Source: Escherichia coli
GTDB lineage: Bacteria; Pseudomonadota; Gammaproteobacteria; Enterobacterales; Enterobacteriaceae
Strand: one strand, 5' to 3'
Length of the DNA: 64,000 bases
NCBI RefSeq assembly: GCF_030013595.1
Contig: NZ_CP122768.1
This document shows, one piece after another, positions 1-15,024 of the stretch (its first letter is position 1; each line of letters begins with the position of its first letter). The notes under the pieces were generated by a model that saw only the letters and a program-made list of their open reading frames with translations, was not told the DNA's origin and searched no databases. A program made the position numbers and the translations under genes.

Positions 1-413
1 GGGAGTTGTATTCATTACCGTTGTCTCTCGTCCAGGTTTACTCCTGATAGAAAGTCATCGGCACTTGACGGTAATTACTTATGACCAAAAACCTCTTTGC
101 GTCACATTTTTACAACAATTATGGCAGAGAAAATTAATGCTATTGGAATGAAGAGAGTAACGAATGGCTAAACTGGCTAACCCGAATGACGAAAAATTCT
201 GGAAAACAGCACGCAATTTCGTCAGGTGATTATTTTCGTCCCTAAGGAAACCACATAGGATGCTCACGGGTGCCTGAGACTTTCTGTTTTCAGGCTAACC
301 GGGAATCAGAAAGACGAAGGCCCCGACCGATATTTCTATCAACCGAGGCCAACGAATGAACCTAGCAATTCAGATCTTAGCCTCTTACCCGCCATCCGGC
401 AAGGAGAAAGGCT

Positions 414-563
<150 letters not shown>

Positions 564-567
564 GGGC

Positions 568-590
568 AAGCGCGGGGATTTTCCCCGCGC
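568..590 (+). other. GC-rich hairpin at 3' end of hokB mRNA (gcgcgggga/tccccgcgc)
   Basis: Inverted repeat immediately after the hokB stop; Hok mRNAs carry structured 3' ends. Confidence 0.35.
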
Positions 591-1042
591 ATCTGACTAG
601 CAGATTCATTTTCTCATGGCACCCCTTTTACACTTCAGTTAGTGCATGTTTTTTTCGATGCACTAATAGAACCATCATTACAGACAAATTTGCCGCCTGC
701 CGTACAGTGTGAGATCCCCCCTTTCGAACCAGAACAGGGTTTGCGCCCGGCATCGGCAAAAAAGGAAACAAGCGCTCCTATAACCAAGATGTTTTCATAT
801 AACCTCCATGGTTTATCGAATCTTATGTTCGATTTGAACGTTATACGCTGGTTTATTTTGATACCGTTGATGAGATCAAAGATCGGGTGAATTGATTAAA
901 GATAAGCCAGATGGACGTATGGATAAGGATTATGGTTTTATTTGTCATACAAATAAATATAATAGGCGCTTCCGATGTAGACCCGTATTCTTCGCCTGTA
1001 CCACGGGTCGGTTTTAGTACAGGCGTTTTCTTTAAATATCCT

Positions 1043-1573
1043 TCAGGAACGTTTACGCGGCATCATGCGTAGAAGTGTGTTGTCCTTCCAGAAATAGTGG
1101 TGTGCCAGTGCAGCCGCAGCGTGCAACCCGATGACAAAATATCCCAGATTCGCCAGCATTTCATGCCACGACTTTAAGCTATCAACCCGTTCGAAATTGG
1201 CCTCTGATGCATAAGGCATCGTCAAACCAAACGCAAACCACGGGTTGCCTCGGTTATACATCATCACCAAACCAATCACTGGCAGCGCAATAAACAGGAG
1301 ATAAATCACCAAATGTCCCAAATGCGCCAGTCCCGTCATCATCGGTTTTGGCTTAGGTATAATCGGCGGGGTTGGGTATTTCAGCCTTAACAAAAGACGA
1401 ACGACCATCAGCACGAGAATTGATATGCCACAGGAAACATGAATCATGTTGATGAGTGGCCGATCGCTACGTGGGAAGAAACCCCGAAACTCCATTGCGC
1501 AATACGCTGCGATAACCAGCATAAAGACCAGCCAGTGAATGCTGATTTGTAACCTTGAGTATTTATTTCCCAT
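1043..1573 (-). CDS. cybB: cytochrome b561
   Basis: Multi-pass membrane protein with conserved His residues; start placed at internal Met (MGNKYSRLQ...) giving 176 aa; gene order matches K-12. Confidence 0.85.
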   Translation of the reverse strand: MGNKYSRLQISIHWLVFMLVIAAYCAMEFRGFFPRSDRPLINMIHVSCGISILVLMVVRLLLRLKYPTPPIIPKPKPMMTGLAHLGHLVIYLLFIALPVIGLVMMYNRGNPWFAFGLTMPYASEANFERVDSLKSWHEMLANLGYFVIGLHAAAALAHHYFWKDNTLLRMMPRKRS

Positions 1574-1761
1574 AACATTTCCTGCTTTAACATAATTTTC
1601 CGTTAACATAACGGGCTTTTCTTAAAATTTCATTAAATATTGTTCACCCGTTTTCAGTACGTTACGTTTCACGGCAAGAATGTAGATTGCCCATCCCGCC
1701 ATCCTGGTCTAAGCCTGGAAAGGATCAATTTTCATCCGAACGTTCCTGACAGGAGAAGACC

Positions 1762-2763
1762 ATGAGTAAAGTTGGTATTAACGGTTTTGGTCGTATCGGT
1801 CGACTGGTGTTGCGTCGATTACTTGAAGTCAAAAGCAACATAGACATTGTCGCTATTAATGATCTCACTTCCCCAAAAATTCTCGCCTACCTGCTGAAAC
1901 ATGATTCAAACTACGGACCATTCCCCTGGAGCGTTGATTTTACGGAAGATTCACTTATCGTTGATGGAAAAAGTATCGCGGTTTACGCCGAAAAAGAGGC
2001 TAAAAATATTCCATGGAAAGCGAAAGGCGCAGAAATCATTGTCGAATGTACTGGCTTTTATACCTCCGCCGATAAATCGCAGGCGCACCTTGATGCTGGT
2101 GCGAAGAAGGTGTTGATTTCCGCCCCTGCCGGTGAAATGAAAACCATCGTTTATAACGTCAATGACGACACACTGGATGGCAACGACACCATTGTTTCCG
2201 TGGCGTCATGCACCACTAATTGTCTTGCACCGATGGCCAAAGCCTTGCACGACAGTTTCGGAATAGAAGTCGGCACGATGACGACCATTCATGCCTATAC
2301 CGGCACTCAGTCACTGGTGGATGGCCCGCGTGGTAAAGATTTACGTGCTTCACGCGCAGCGGCAGAAAATATCATTCCCCACACTACGGGGGCGGCAAAA
2401 GCCATTGGTCTGGTGATCCCGGAACTGAGCGGCAAACTGAAAGGTCATGCGCAACGCGTACCCGTGAAAACAGGTTCGGTGACTGAACTGGTGTCTATTC
2501 TTGGAAAAAAAGTGACTGCCGAAGAGGTGAACAACGCGCTTAAAAAGGCGACAAACAATAATGAGTCATTTGGTTATACCGATGAAGAAATAGTCTCTTC
2601 CGATATCATTGGCAGCCATTTCGGTTCGGTGTTTGATGCCACGCAAACGGAAATTACCGCCGTGGGCGATTTACAGCTGGTGAAAACGGTCGCCTGGTAC
2701 GATAACGAATATGGCTTCGTCACACAGCTCATTCGCACCCTCGAAAAATTCGCTAAACTCTGA
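1762..2763 (+). CDS. gapC: glyceraldehyde-3-phosphate dehydrogenase, intact
   Basis: 333-aa ORF with NAD-binding N-terminus [10 protein letters not shown] and catalytic SCTTNCLAP motif; uninterrupted here. Confidence 0.9.
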   Translation: MSKVGINGFGRIGRLVLRRLLEVKSNIDIVAINDLTSPKILAYLLKHDSNYGPFPWSVDFTEDSLIVDGKSIAVYAEKEAKNIPWKAKGAEIIVECTGFYTSADKSQAHLDAGAKKVLISAPAGEMKTIVYNVNDDTLDGNDTIVSVASCTTNCLAPMAKALHDSFGIEVGTMTTIHAYTGTQSLVDGPRGKDLRASRAAAENIIPHTTGAAKAIGLVIPELSGKLKGHAQRVPVKTGSVTELVSILGKKVTAEEVNNALKKATNNNESFGYTDEEIVSSDIIGSHFGSVFDATQTEITAVGDLQLVKTVAWYDNEYGFVTQLIRTLEKFAKL

Positions 2764-2772
2764 CGCACACAG

Positions 2773-2793
2773 GCGGAGGAAAAACCTCCGCCT
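2773..2793. terminator. bidirectional rho-independent terminator between convergent gapC and aldA
   Basis: ggcggagg-aaaaa-cctccgcc hairpin flanked by A/T runs. Confidence 0.5.
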
Positions 2794-2803
2794 CTTCCAC
2801 TCA

Positions 2804-4243
2804 TTAAGACTGTAAATAAACCACCTGGGTCTGCAGATATTCATGCAGGCCATGTTTACCATCTGCGCCGCCAATACCGGATTTACGCCATCCGGCGTGG
2901 AAGCCTTGCATAGCTTCGAAGTTTTCACGGTTGATGTAAGTTTCACCAAACTTCAGCCCTTTAATGGCTTTCATCGCGACGTTCAGATTTTGGGTATAGA
3001 TTGATGAGGTCAGGCCGTAATCACTGTCATTCGCCATTGCGATAGCATCTTCCAGCGTGTCAAATGCGACCACCGGCAGAACCGGGCCAAAGGTTTCCTC
3101 ATGCATAATCGACATTTCCTGGCGAACATCCAGCAGCAATGTCGGCGGATAATAATATCCTTTCCCCTCTACCGCTTTGCCACCCAACGCCACTCTCGCC
3201 CCTTCTTCTACTGCGCGCGCCACTTTTTGCTCGACCCTTTCCAGCGCCGCGGCGTTAATCAACGGCCCCATCGCAATGTCGTTGCGTTCTGCGGGGTTAC
3301 CAAATTGAACCGCCTGCAACGCTTCACCCAGCCGATTGACGAACTGATCATAAATGCCTTTCTGTACATAAACACGTTCTGCACAGTTACACACTTGCCC
3401 ACTATTAATGACGCGTGAATCAACGATGGCTTTGACTGCCAGTTCAAGATCGGCATCGTCCATTACGATAGCTGGTGCTTTACCCCCCAATTCCAGGCAC
3501 ACTTTGGTGATGTTTTTCGCCGCAGTCGCCATGATCTTTTCACCTGCAGAGACGCTGCCTGTCATACTGACCATTGCGACCTTTGGGTTACCCGCCAGTT
3601 CTTGCCCAACGGTTTCACCACGCCCCAGAACAAGGTTAAACACGCCGCGCGGAAGGCCTATTTCATCGACGATTTTGGCGAATGCAATCGCATTGTTTGG
3701 CGTAAATTCACTGGGTTTAATGACAATGGTATTACCAGTCAAAAGAGCGGGAGCCATTTTGCGGGCAATGAGGAAGAACGGGAAGTTCCACGGCAGAATG
3801 CCGGTAGTCACACCAAGCGCACGTTTAAACAGAAGAATATTTTCTCCTGGACGATCGCTTTGAATAATCTCGCCCTCGTAACGCCGTGCCCACTCCGCCA
3901 TGTAATCGATATAGTCCGCAGTAAAAGCCACTTCGACTTCAGCCAGCTGCTGGATCTTGCCCCCTTCTTCAACAATCAGCGCACTGATTTCACTGGCGCG
4001 TTCGCGGATCCCGGCGGAGATTTTGCGCAACCAACTGGCGCGTTCAATGGCAGGCAACGCTTCCCATTCTGGTTGTGCACGTTCTGCTGCATCGATTGCC
4101 TTACGGGCATCCTCGGCCTGACCATCGGGAATGCGGGAAATGACAACCTCAGTAGCAGGGTTTACCACATCAATCCATGCGTCTCCACGCCAGGTAACAA
4201 ACTGTCCATCGATATACATAGGATGTTGAACGGGTACTGACAT
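2804..4243 (-). CDS. aldA: lactaldehyde dehydrogenase (aldehyde dehydrogenase A)
   Basis: 479-aa ORF starting MSVPVQHPMYIDGQFV; ALDH family motifs including ELGGKAP and catalytic Cys region. Confidence 0.95.
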   Translation of the reverse strand: MSVPVQHPMYIDGQFVTWRGDAWIDVVNPATEVVISRIPDGQAEDARKAIDAAERAQPEWEALPAIERASWLRKISAGIRERASEISALIVEEGGKIQQLAEVEVAFTADYIDYMAEWARRYEGEIIQSDRPGENILLFKRALGVTTGILPWNFPFFLIARKMAPALLTGNTIVIKPSEFTPNNAIAFAKIVDEIGLPRGVFNLVLGRGETVGQELAGNPKVAMVSMTGSVSAGEKIMATAAKNITKVCLELGGKAPAIVMDDADLELAVKAIVDSRVINSGQVCNCAERVYVQKGIYDQFVNRLGEALQAVQFGNPAERNDIAMGPLINAAALERVEQKVARAVEEGARVALGGKAVEGKGYYYPPTLLLDVRQEMSIMHEETFGPVLPVVAFDTLEDAIAMANDSDYGLTSSIYTQNLNVAMKAIKGLKFGETYINRENFEAMQGFHAGWRKSGIGGADGKHGLHEYLQTQVVYLQS

Positions 4244-4439
4244 GGGCGACTCCTGTGATTTATATGTTTGTTTTCGGTGAATACATTGTTAATTAACATC
4301 AATCATCAAAGAGACGGCATCGTGAAAGGACAATTCTGTGAAGGGCTTCATAAAAACAAGTGTAAAAGGAATAAAAGGCAGAAATAAACGTCAGGAGTCA
4401 TGCCCGTTTGCAAACAAGTGGTTCACAAACGGGCAATTT

Positions 4440-5240
4440 TTAACGTAACGAGCGACTTTCCATCGCCTCGATGAGCACCGCATCGTGTTTCAGCGTTTGC
4501 CATGCATGGATGACTTCTGCCGGAAAATCAACGTGAACGATAAAATCTCGCCCGCGGGGACCGTAGCCATCGCTATCATCGCGTAAACGCGGCAGCTCGC
4601 CAGTGAGTAGTGAGAGATAACGCTCAACCGGCCATAATCCTTGCAACGGATTAACAAAGATTACACTGTCTGCGTTGTTTCCTAGCTGAGGAACGAATCC
4701 GGGATAACTTAACCAGCGTGGTGCATCGGGATTGTCCCCAGTCATACGGCGGAACGTCGCCATCGTGCGCCGCTGCATGGTGGGGTCCTGAACAACGATA
4801 GCCGTATGAACTCGTTCTACGGCCTGATTCAATAGCGCGATGCTAAAGCGTGCGTTTTCACCGCAGTTTGTTGACTGGTCTTCAATCCAGATTTTTTCAT
4901 GCGGAATGTGCCAGAACTGATGAGCGATATCCGCCAGGATGGTAGCTTCTGCTCTGCCAGTGGTGCGGATAGTGTTGTAGTGCGGATGCTGTGCGATGGC
5001 ACTATACAAAAAAGTTGTCGAGTGACCGATACCACCACTAATCAGTAGAGGAATTTGCTGATCGCGGGCAATCTTGCATGCCGCATCGATAGTTGGCATA
5101 ACCGCATTGCCTGCAAGGATCACGCAATCGGCCTGATACGGCATCTCACCGGAGAAATCATCCTGCGCCAGCCACTGACCGATAACATTTATGGCATCTA
5201 TGGTTGCCGGCGAAAGCGTCGGAAACGGGGTAATGTTCAT
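4440..5240 (-). CDS. ydcF: DUF218-family protein YdcF
   Basis: 266-aa ORF; position between aldA and hrpA matches K-12. Confidence 0.8.
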   Translation of the reverse strand: MNITPFPTLSPATIDAINVIGQWLAQDDFSGEMPYQADCVILAGNAVMPTIDAACKIARDQQIPLLISGGIGHSTTFLYSAIAQHPHYNTIRTTGRAEATILADIAHQFWHIPHEKIWIEDQSTNCGENARFSIALLNQAVERVHTAIVVQDPTMQRRTMATFRRMTGDNPDAPRWLSYPGFVPQLGNNADSVIFVNPLQGLWPVERYLSLLTGELPRLRDDSDGYGPRGRDFIVHVDFPAEVIHAWQTLKHDAVLIEAMESRSLR

Positions 5241-5454
5241 GGTTCCTCCTTATCGTTTCCTTAAGAATACTGCGTGAGATAATAATGAGAAGCGGAGCAC
5301 TCTGAAAGGAGGAAGTCGTATTTCCTTAACCGCTACTCCGCAAGCCTGACATATCTTTTAAGGAAATGCTGTAGATAAACATTATTCATCTTGCAGCAGA
5401 GAATTGTATTTTTCTGAATTCCTGAATTTTTGCCCTTACCGTTTTAGAATTAAT

Positions 5455-5485
5455 AAAAAACCCGGCGCTAAATGCTTACCGGGTT
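5455..5485 (-). terminator. rho-independent terminator downstream of hrpA
   Basis: Hairpin cccgg...ccggg followed on the minus strand by TTTTTTATT. Confidence 0.4.
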
Positions 5486-5511
5486 TTAGATTTATCAGGC
5501 AAATAGCAGTG

Positions 5512-8500
5512 TTAACCGCTAATCTGCTCCATCGCCTGCAAAATACGCTTATCTGAAATCGGATAAGGCGTACCAAGTTGTTGAGCGAAGTAACTAACGC
5601 GCAGCTCTTCTATCATCCAGCGGATCTCTTTCACGTCTTCATCCTCACGACGTGCGGGCGGCAGTTTGTTGATCCATTGCTGCCACGCCTGCTGGACGTT
5701 TTCGACTTTCAGCATCTGAGCACGGTCACGATGCGGATCAACCGCCAGTTTTTCCAGTCGTTTTTCAATCGCCTGCAAATAACGCAGCGTGTCGCCCAGC
5801 CGTTTAAAACCGTTGCCAGTGACAAAACCGCGATACACCAACCCGCCCATCTGCGCTTTGATGTCAGAAAGCCCCAGCGCCATAGTCATATCCACCCGCC
5901 CTTTCAGGCGTTTGTTGATATTGAAGACTGCAGTAAGGATTTGCTCGACCTGCTTCGCAATATCCACCACCGTGTCGTTCAGTTCAGCGCGGACTTTTTC
6001 ATGCAGCGCAGCAAAGCCTTCTTCCGTCCAGACCGGGCCACCATTGGCGTCGATCAGTTGATCCACACCGCAGGAGATACAGTCGTCGATCAGCTCCAGC
6101 ACTTTGCCATACGGGTTAAAGTACAGCCCCAGCTTGGCTTTGTTTGGCAACTTCTCATGCAAATATTTGATTGGCGAGGGAATATTCAGCAGCAGTAGAC
6201 GGCGAAGACCGTTCCACATTGCCTGCTTTTGTTCCAGCGGATTATCAAACAGTTTGATCGCCACGCTGTCGCGTTCATCCACTAGCGCTGGCCACGCCTT
6301 CACTTTATAGTTGCCACGCTTCTGTTCGTAGCTTTCCGGCAGCTGACCAAAACTCCAGATATGTAAGCCGCTCTGCTCGATACCGTCATCCGCCACCGCA
6401 GACAGCGTTTCCTGCACTTTGCCTTTCAGCGCATCTTTCAGATCTTGTAGAGAGCGCCCTTCTTTTAGCTTCTTGTTTTTGTCATCCACCACGCGGAAGG
6501 TGATTTTCAGGTGATCAGGCACCTGATCCCAGTGCCAGTCTTCGCGGTCAACGGTAACGCCGGTCATCCGCCGTAACTCGCGCTCAAGGCTGTCGAGCAA
6601 CGGTAACTCCAGCGGTGTGACGCGGCCTAAAAACGCTTCGGCGTAGTTTGGCGCGGGCACAAAATTACGGCGTACCGGTTTCGGCAACGATTTAATCAAT
6701 GCGATGATCAGTTCACGACGCAGGCCGGGGATTTGCCATTCAAACCCGCTCTCTTCTACCTGATCAAGCAGCGGCAGCGGAATATGCACGGTCACACCGT
6801 CCGCGTCCGCGCCTGGCTCAAACTGATAGCTCAAACGCAGCTTGAGATTGCCCTGATGCCAGAAGTTCGGATAATCCAGCTTGCTGATTTTTTCCGCCCC
6901 TTCTTTGATCAACATGCTCTTTTCAAAGTTGAGCAAATCAGGCGTTTCGCGGCTGACTTTTTTCCACCAGCTGTCGAAGTGACGTGCGGAGATTACATCG
7001 TGGCTGATGCGCTGGTCGTAGAACTCAAACAACGTTTCGTCATCAACCAGAATATCGCGGCGACGTGATTTGTGTTCCAGCTCTTCCACTTCGGCCCGCA
7101 GTTTCAGGTTTTCACGGAAGAATGCGTGACGCGTCTGCCAGTCACCTTCCACCAGCGCGTGGCGAATAAAGAGTTCACGACATAACGCCGGATCGATCTG
7201 GCTGTAGTTGACCTTACGCGCAGCAACAATCGGCAAACCATAAACAGTGACTTTTTCCGTTGCCATCACCGCGCCCTGCGCCCGTTCCCAGTGCGGTTCG
7301 CTGTAGGTGCGTTTAATCAAATGCTGAGCAACGGGTTCTACCCATTCAGGGTCGATACGTGCCGCAATGCGCCCCCACAGGCGGCTGGTTTCTACCAGTT
7401 CCGCCACCATTACCCATTTCGGCGGCTTTTTAAATAAGCCGGAACCGGGGAAAATGGAGAAACGCGCGTTACGTGCGCCGGTATATTCTTGTTTATCGGC
7501 ATCTTTCATGCCGATATGGGAAAGCAAACCGGTCAGTAAGGCGATGTGAATTTCGCGATACTCCGCCGGTTCGCTGTTAACCGGAATGCCAAGTTCTTTC
7601 ACTACCTGACGCAACTGGGTGTAGATATCCTGCCATTCGCGCACGCGCAGATAGTTGAGATAATCGGTACGACACAGGCGACGGAAGGCGTTAGAAGAAA
7701 GCGCCTTTTGCTGCTCGCCGAGATAATTCCACAGATTTACAAACGCGAGGAAGTCGGATTCTTTGTCGTGGAAGCGGCGATGTTTTTCGTCCGATGCCTG
7801 CTGTCTATCCATCGGACGCTCGCGCGGATCCTGAATGGAGAGCGCGGACGTGATAATCATCGCCTCACGCACGCAGCCATGTTTTTGCGCTTCCAGCACC
7901 ATACGCGCCAGACGTGGGTCGACAGGCAACTGCGAGAGCTGGCGACCGAGCGGCGTCAGTTTATAGGCGCTGGCCTGTTCATCCGTGGTGATCGCGCCCA
8001 GTTCTTCGAGCAGACGCACGCCATCCTGGATATTGCGTTTATCCGGTGCTTCTACAAACGGGAATGCGGCGATATCGCCCAACCCCAGCGCGGTCATCTG
8101 TAAAATAACCGAGGCCAGGTTGGTACGCAGAATCTCCGGATCGGTAAACTCCGGGCGCGAGAGGAAATCGTCTTCGGAATAGAGACGAATACAGATCCCT
8201 TCGGACACACGACCACAGCGGCCTTTACGCTGATTGGCAGACGCCTGCGAAATGGGCTCAATCGGCAAACGCTGCACTTTAGTGCGATAGCTGTAGCGGC
8301 TGATACGCGCCGTACCTGGGTCGATAACGTATTTAATCCCCGGTACGGTCAGCGACGTTTCCGCGACGTTGGTCGCCAGCACAATGCGCCGTCCACTGTG
8401 CGACTGGAACACGCGGTTCTGTTCGCTGTTCGAAAGCCGCGCATAAAGCGGCAAGATTTCGGTATGGCGTAAGTTCAGCTTGTTCAGCGCATCGGCGGTA

Positions 8501-9414
8501 TCGCGAATTTCCCGCTCACCACTCATAAAGATCAGAATGTCGCCAGGGCTTTCCTGACTCAGTTCGTCTACGGCGTCAAAAATCGCCTGCAACTGATCGC
8601 GCTCGGTGTCATCGGCTTCTTCAACAATCGGGCGATAGCGCACTTCCACCGGATAGGTCCGACCGGAGACTTCGATAATCGGCGCATTATTAAAGTGGCG
8701 CGAAAAGCGTTCCGGGTCGATAGTCGCGGAAGTGATAATGATTTTTAGGTCAGGACGCCGCGGCAGCAACTCTTTCAAATAGCCGAGCAGAAAATCGATA
8801 TTCAGGCTACGTTCGTGCGCTTCGTCAATAATGATAGTGTCGTACTGCATCAGCAGGCGGTCTTGCTGGATCTCCGCCAGCAGGATACCGTCGGTCATCA
8901 GCTTGACCATCGTGTTATCACTTACGTGATCGCTGAAACGCACTTTGTAACCGATGCAACCGCCCGGCTCCGTTTTCAGCTCTTCCGCAATACGGTTCGC
9001 CACCGTTCGTGCCGCCAGGCGACGCGGTTGGGTATGACCGATCAGCCCTTTAATCCCGCGCCCCAGCTCCATACAGATTTTCGGTAGCTGAGTCGTTTTA
9101 CCGGAACCGGTTTCCCCGGCGACGATCACCACCTGGTGATCACGAATCGCGTCGAGAATGTCCTGCTTTTTCTGACTAACCGGCAAATTGTCGGGATAAG
9201 TGATTTCCGGTCGTGCCGCTTCACGCAGCAGTACTTTCCCTGCCGCCTGGTCAATCTCTTTCGCCATCTCCTGGAAAATGGCCTGTTGTGCATCAGGATT
9301 TTTAACCTTCTTAACACCGTGCAGACGGCGAGAAAAACGCTGTCTGTCGCGCAGCATCAGCGAATCCAGCCGCTGCTGCAAGGCCGTAAAGGTCAATTTT
9401 TGTTGTTCTGTCAT
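5512..9414 (-). CDS. hrpA: ATP-dependent RNA helicase HrpA (DEAH-box)
   Basis: 1300-aa ORF with Walker A GETGSGKTTQ and DEAH box (IIIDEAHERS). Confidence 0.95.
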   Translation of the reverse strand: MTEQQKLTFTALQQRLDSLMLRDRQRFSRRLHGVKKVKNPDAQQAIFQEMAKEIDQAAGKVLLREAARPEITYPDNLPVSQKKQDILDAIRDHQVVIVAGETGSGKTTQLPKICMELGRGIKGLIGHTQPRRLAARTVANRIAEELKTEPGGCIGYKVRFSDHVSDNTMVKLMTDGILLAEIQQDRLLMQYDTIIIDEAHERSLNIDFLLGYLKELLPRRPDLKIIITSATIDPERFSRHFNNAPIIEVSGRTYPVEVRYRPIVEEADDTERDQLQAIFDAVDELSQESPGDILIFMSGEREIRDTADALNKLNLRHTEILPLYARLSNSEQNRVFQSHSGRRIVLATNVAETSLTVPGIKYVIDPGTARISRYSYRTKVQRLPIEPISQASANQRKGRCGRVSEGICIRLYSEDDFLSRPEFTDPEILRTNLASVILQMTALGLGDIAAFPFVEAPDKRNIQDGVRLLEELGAITTDEQASAYKLTPLGRQLSQLPVDPRLARMVLEAQKHGCVREAMIITSALSIQDPRERPMDRQQASDEKHRRFHDKESDFLAFVNLWNYLGEQQKALSSNAFRRLCRTDYLNYLRVREWQDIYTQLRQVVKELGIPVNSEPAEYREIHIALLTGLLSHIGMKDADKQEYTGARNARFSIFPGSGLFKKPPKWVMVAELVETSRLWGRIAARIDPEWVEPVAQHLIKRTYSEPHWERAQGAVMATEKVTVYGLPIVAARKVNYSQIDPALCRELFIRHALVEGDWQTRHAFFRENLKLRAEVEELEHKSRRRDILVDDETLFEFYDQRISHDVISARHFDSWWKKVSRETPDLLNFEKSMLIKEGAEKISKLDYPNFWHQGNLKLRLSYQFEPGADADGVTVHIPLPLLDQVEESGFEWQIPGLRRELIIALIKSLPKPVRRNFVPAPNYAEAFLGRVTPLELPLLDSLERELRRMTGVTVDREDWHWDQVPDHLKITFRVVDDKNKKLKEGRSLQDLKDALKGKVQETLSAVADDGIEQSGLHIWSFGQLPESYEQKRGNYKVKAWPALVDERDSVAIKLFDNPLEQKQAMWNGLRRLLLLNIPSPIKYLHEKLPNKAKLGLYFNPYGKVLELIDDCISCGVDQLIDANGGPVWTEEGFAALHEKVRAELNDTVVDIAKQVEQILTAVFNINKRLKGRVDMTMALGLSDIKAQMGGLVYRGFVTGNGFKRLGDTLRYLQAIEKRLEKLAVDPHRDRAQMLKVENVQQAWQQWINKLPPARREDEDVKEIRWMIEELRVSYFAQQLGTPYPISDKRILQAMEQISG

Positions 9415-9605
9415 AACGTTAGTGGGCAGTAGGCTGCCTGATTAATTTTCTTTTAAATGATAGATATAGAGTACCACATCGCGGCTTTCTATGCGTTGTT
9501 CAATAAATTCGAACATAGGCTTCGATTTATTGCGCTATCTCTGTGGCAGGATTGTGAATAAAGTGTCAGCAAGCAACGGGGCATCGCCCATTCAAACATC
9601 TATAA

Positions 9606-10220
<615 letters not shown>

Positions 10221-10273
10221 CCGGACACGATCTTGATGTGGACTGTAGATATTCAGTCCACATCTCAATCCGC

Positions 10274-13280
<3,007 letters not shown>

Positions 13281-13352
13281 CGCTGTATTATCACTGGTGG
13301 TAAAAAAATGTTCCCCAGGGATGCGTGAATTTTACATTTTCTCTATTTTCCT

Positions 13353-14249
13353 TCAGTAACAGCAGTAGCGAATAAAATAAAAAAATACCGGAGCGGTGAA
13401 AATTAATGAGTCAATCCTGTCAAGGAGTCCGCCATGTCCTGGTAATAGTTTTCCACTATCTTTAACACCAATATCTCGTTTGATGGCTGACATCACTACA
13501 TCGCCGCAAAAACCACTAATACCAATTAACAAACCCGCTAATAATGCCTGTAATGTATCTAGCGGTGTCAGCAACGGTCCAATAATCAGTGACGCAATCA
13601 TGGTGGTGATTACGCCGCCCATCAGACCTTCCAATGTTTTTCCCGGGCTGACTTTAGGGACCACTTTTCTTCTGCCGCAGGATTTTCCCCATAAATACTG
13701 TGCAATATCGTTTGACTCGGTTAATGCCAAAAGAAATAACACCAGTAACGCCCCGCCCTGGATATTTGTGGTTGGCAACATTAATAACCAGGCGGCATGA
13801 CTCAAGGCGAAAACGGTCATTATCCAGCCACAAAAAATGGCGCTCACGGTATGCAGAAAACCGGAGGGGTCACCCACTAAAACTCGCCAGGTGGCTAATA
13901 TCAGAAACCCAGCCAAAGGTATAAATAACAGAAACAGCTCAAAGCAATTAAAACCGATAAGCAAATAGTTAAGAGGAATACCCCAATATAACCAACGCGG
14001 AAAATGTACAGATATAAGCGTACAATATTCTTTCAATGCCAGAAAACTTATCAGCGCAAAAAACGTCAACGTCATCCAGCGTGGACCTGAAATCACCATT
14101 GAAAAACAAATGACGATGCCCCACCAGGTACGAATACGTAATGTAACTTCATCCCCTTTTCTCTCCGGTAACCGCCATACCAGAAAACGGTTTATCAGCG
14201 TTGCTAAAATTAACAACGCGAAAAGTGTTGCCAGAGATTTTTCCAGCAT
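13353..14249 (-). CDS. ynbB: CDP-diglyceride synthetase-family membrane protein
   Basis: 298-aa polytopic membrane protein; CdsA-like C-terminal signature. Confidence 0.8.
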   Translation of the reverse strand: MLEKSLATLFALLILATLINRFLVWRLPERKGDEVTLRIRTWWGIVICFSMVISGPRWMTLTFFALISFLALKEYCTLISVHFPRWLYWGIPLNYLLIGFNCFELFLLFIPLAGFLILATWRVLVGDPSGFLHTVSAIFCGWIMTVFALSHAAWLLMLPTTNIQGGALLVLFLLALTESNDIAQYLWGKSCGRRKVVPKVSPGKTLEGLMGGVITTMIASLIIGPLLTPLDTLQALLAGLLIGISGFCGDVVMSAIKRDIGVKDSGKLLPGHGGLLDRIDSLIFTAPVFFYFIRYCCY

Positions 14250-14854
14250 TATCTTTCAGCGCTCATAAGAAGCACACTCCGACAACGATTAATCGCAGTC
14301 CAGAGAAGCAGAATTGAAGTAATGCTCCATAAAAGATTATTCCATTGCATCCATTGTGGATAAATGGCAATGGCCAGCCCCCACAAACCAAATATTAACG
14401 CGCGATCGCTTTTGCCAAATGGACCGACATAACTACGAATACCGTTAATCGTCTGCGCGAGTAAACCGCAAAACTCGGTCAATATGGTGCAAAATAACAT
14501 GAGTATCACGAGTGATGCATTACTTTCAGGTAAAAATAAAAACGGTAAATAGAGCGCAATATCGGAAATAACATCGCCAGTCTCATTCAAAATCGCCCCA
14601 AGACGTGTTTGCTGATTGCACTCACGCGCCAACATGCCATCCAGCGCATTGAGTGCCATACGAATAAAAAGCACGATGGGCAATAGCAGAAACATGCCAG
14701 GATATGGCACCAACGCCAACAACAAACCGGTGAGAAGAGAAAGTGCCAAAGCGGCAAGTGTGATCTGATTTGCAGACACTTGCAGCTTATGAAGCCAAAA
14801 CATCGTCGGCCTTAACAGCGACTGAAAGAGCGGTTTTATCTGGTAGAGCGTCAT
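14249..14854 (-). CDS. ynbA: CDP-alcohol phosphatidyltransferase-family membrane protein
   Basis: Membrane protein with D-G-x2-A-R...G...D-x3-D type motif (ALDGMLAR...GDVISD); start ATG overlaps the ynbB stop. Confidence 0.8.
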   Translation of the reverse strand: MTLYQIKPLFQSLLRPTMFWLHKLQVSANQITLAALALSLLTGLLLALVPYPGMFLLLPIVLFIRMALNALDGMLARECNQQTRLGAILNETGDVISDIALYLPFLFLPESNASLVILMLFCTILTEFCGLLAQTINGIRSYVGPFGKSDRALIFGLWGLAIAIYPQWMQWNNLLWSITSILLLWTAINRCRSVLLMSAER

Positions 14855-15024
14855 TATCAATCCTTGATAATTCTGTTTGCGCTATGGTGCATCAATTCCC
14901 CTGACGGAGATATCGCAACACGCCGCTTCATTAAAAATTCAGAATATATCAAGGTATTGGGGACTCACCGTCAGGAATGATTATCCCCAATAAATCAAGT
15001 GGTTAAAAATTATTACGCTGTTAT

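Noticed and set aside
642-890. 82-aa plus-strand ORF between hokB and cybB
   Set aside because: No RBS, no recognisable motif, and K-12 has only the small ydcA gene here on the other strand; I could not confidently locate ydcA by hand translation either, so neither is annotated.
5578-9087. Several plus-strand ORFs of 60-206 aa inside hrpA (for example 5578..6198, 6733..7068, 7546..8103, 8815..9087)
   Set aside because: Antisense shadow ORFs within a well-supported 1300-aa helicase gene; no RBS or domain signal.
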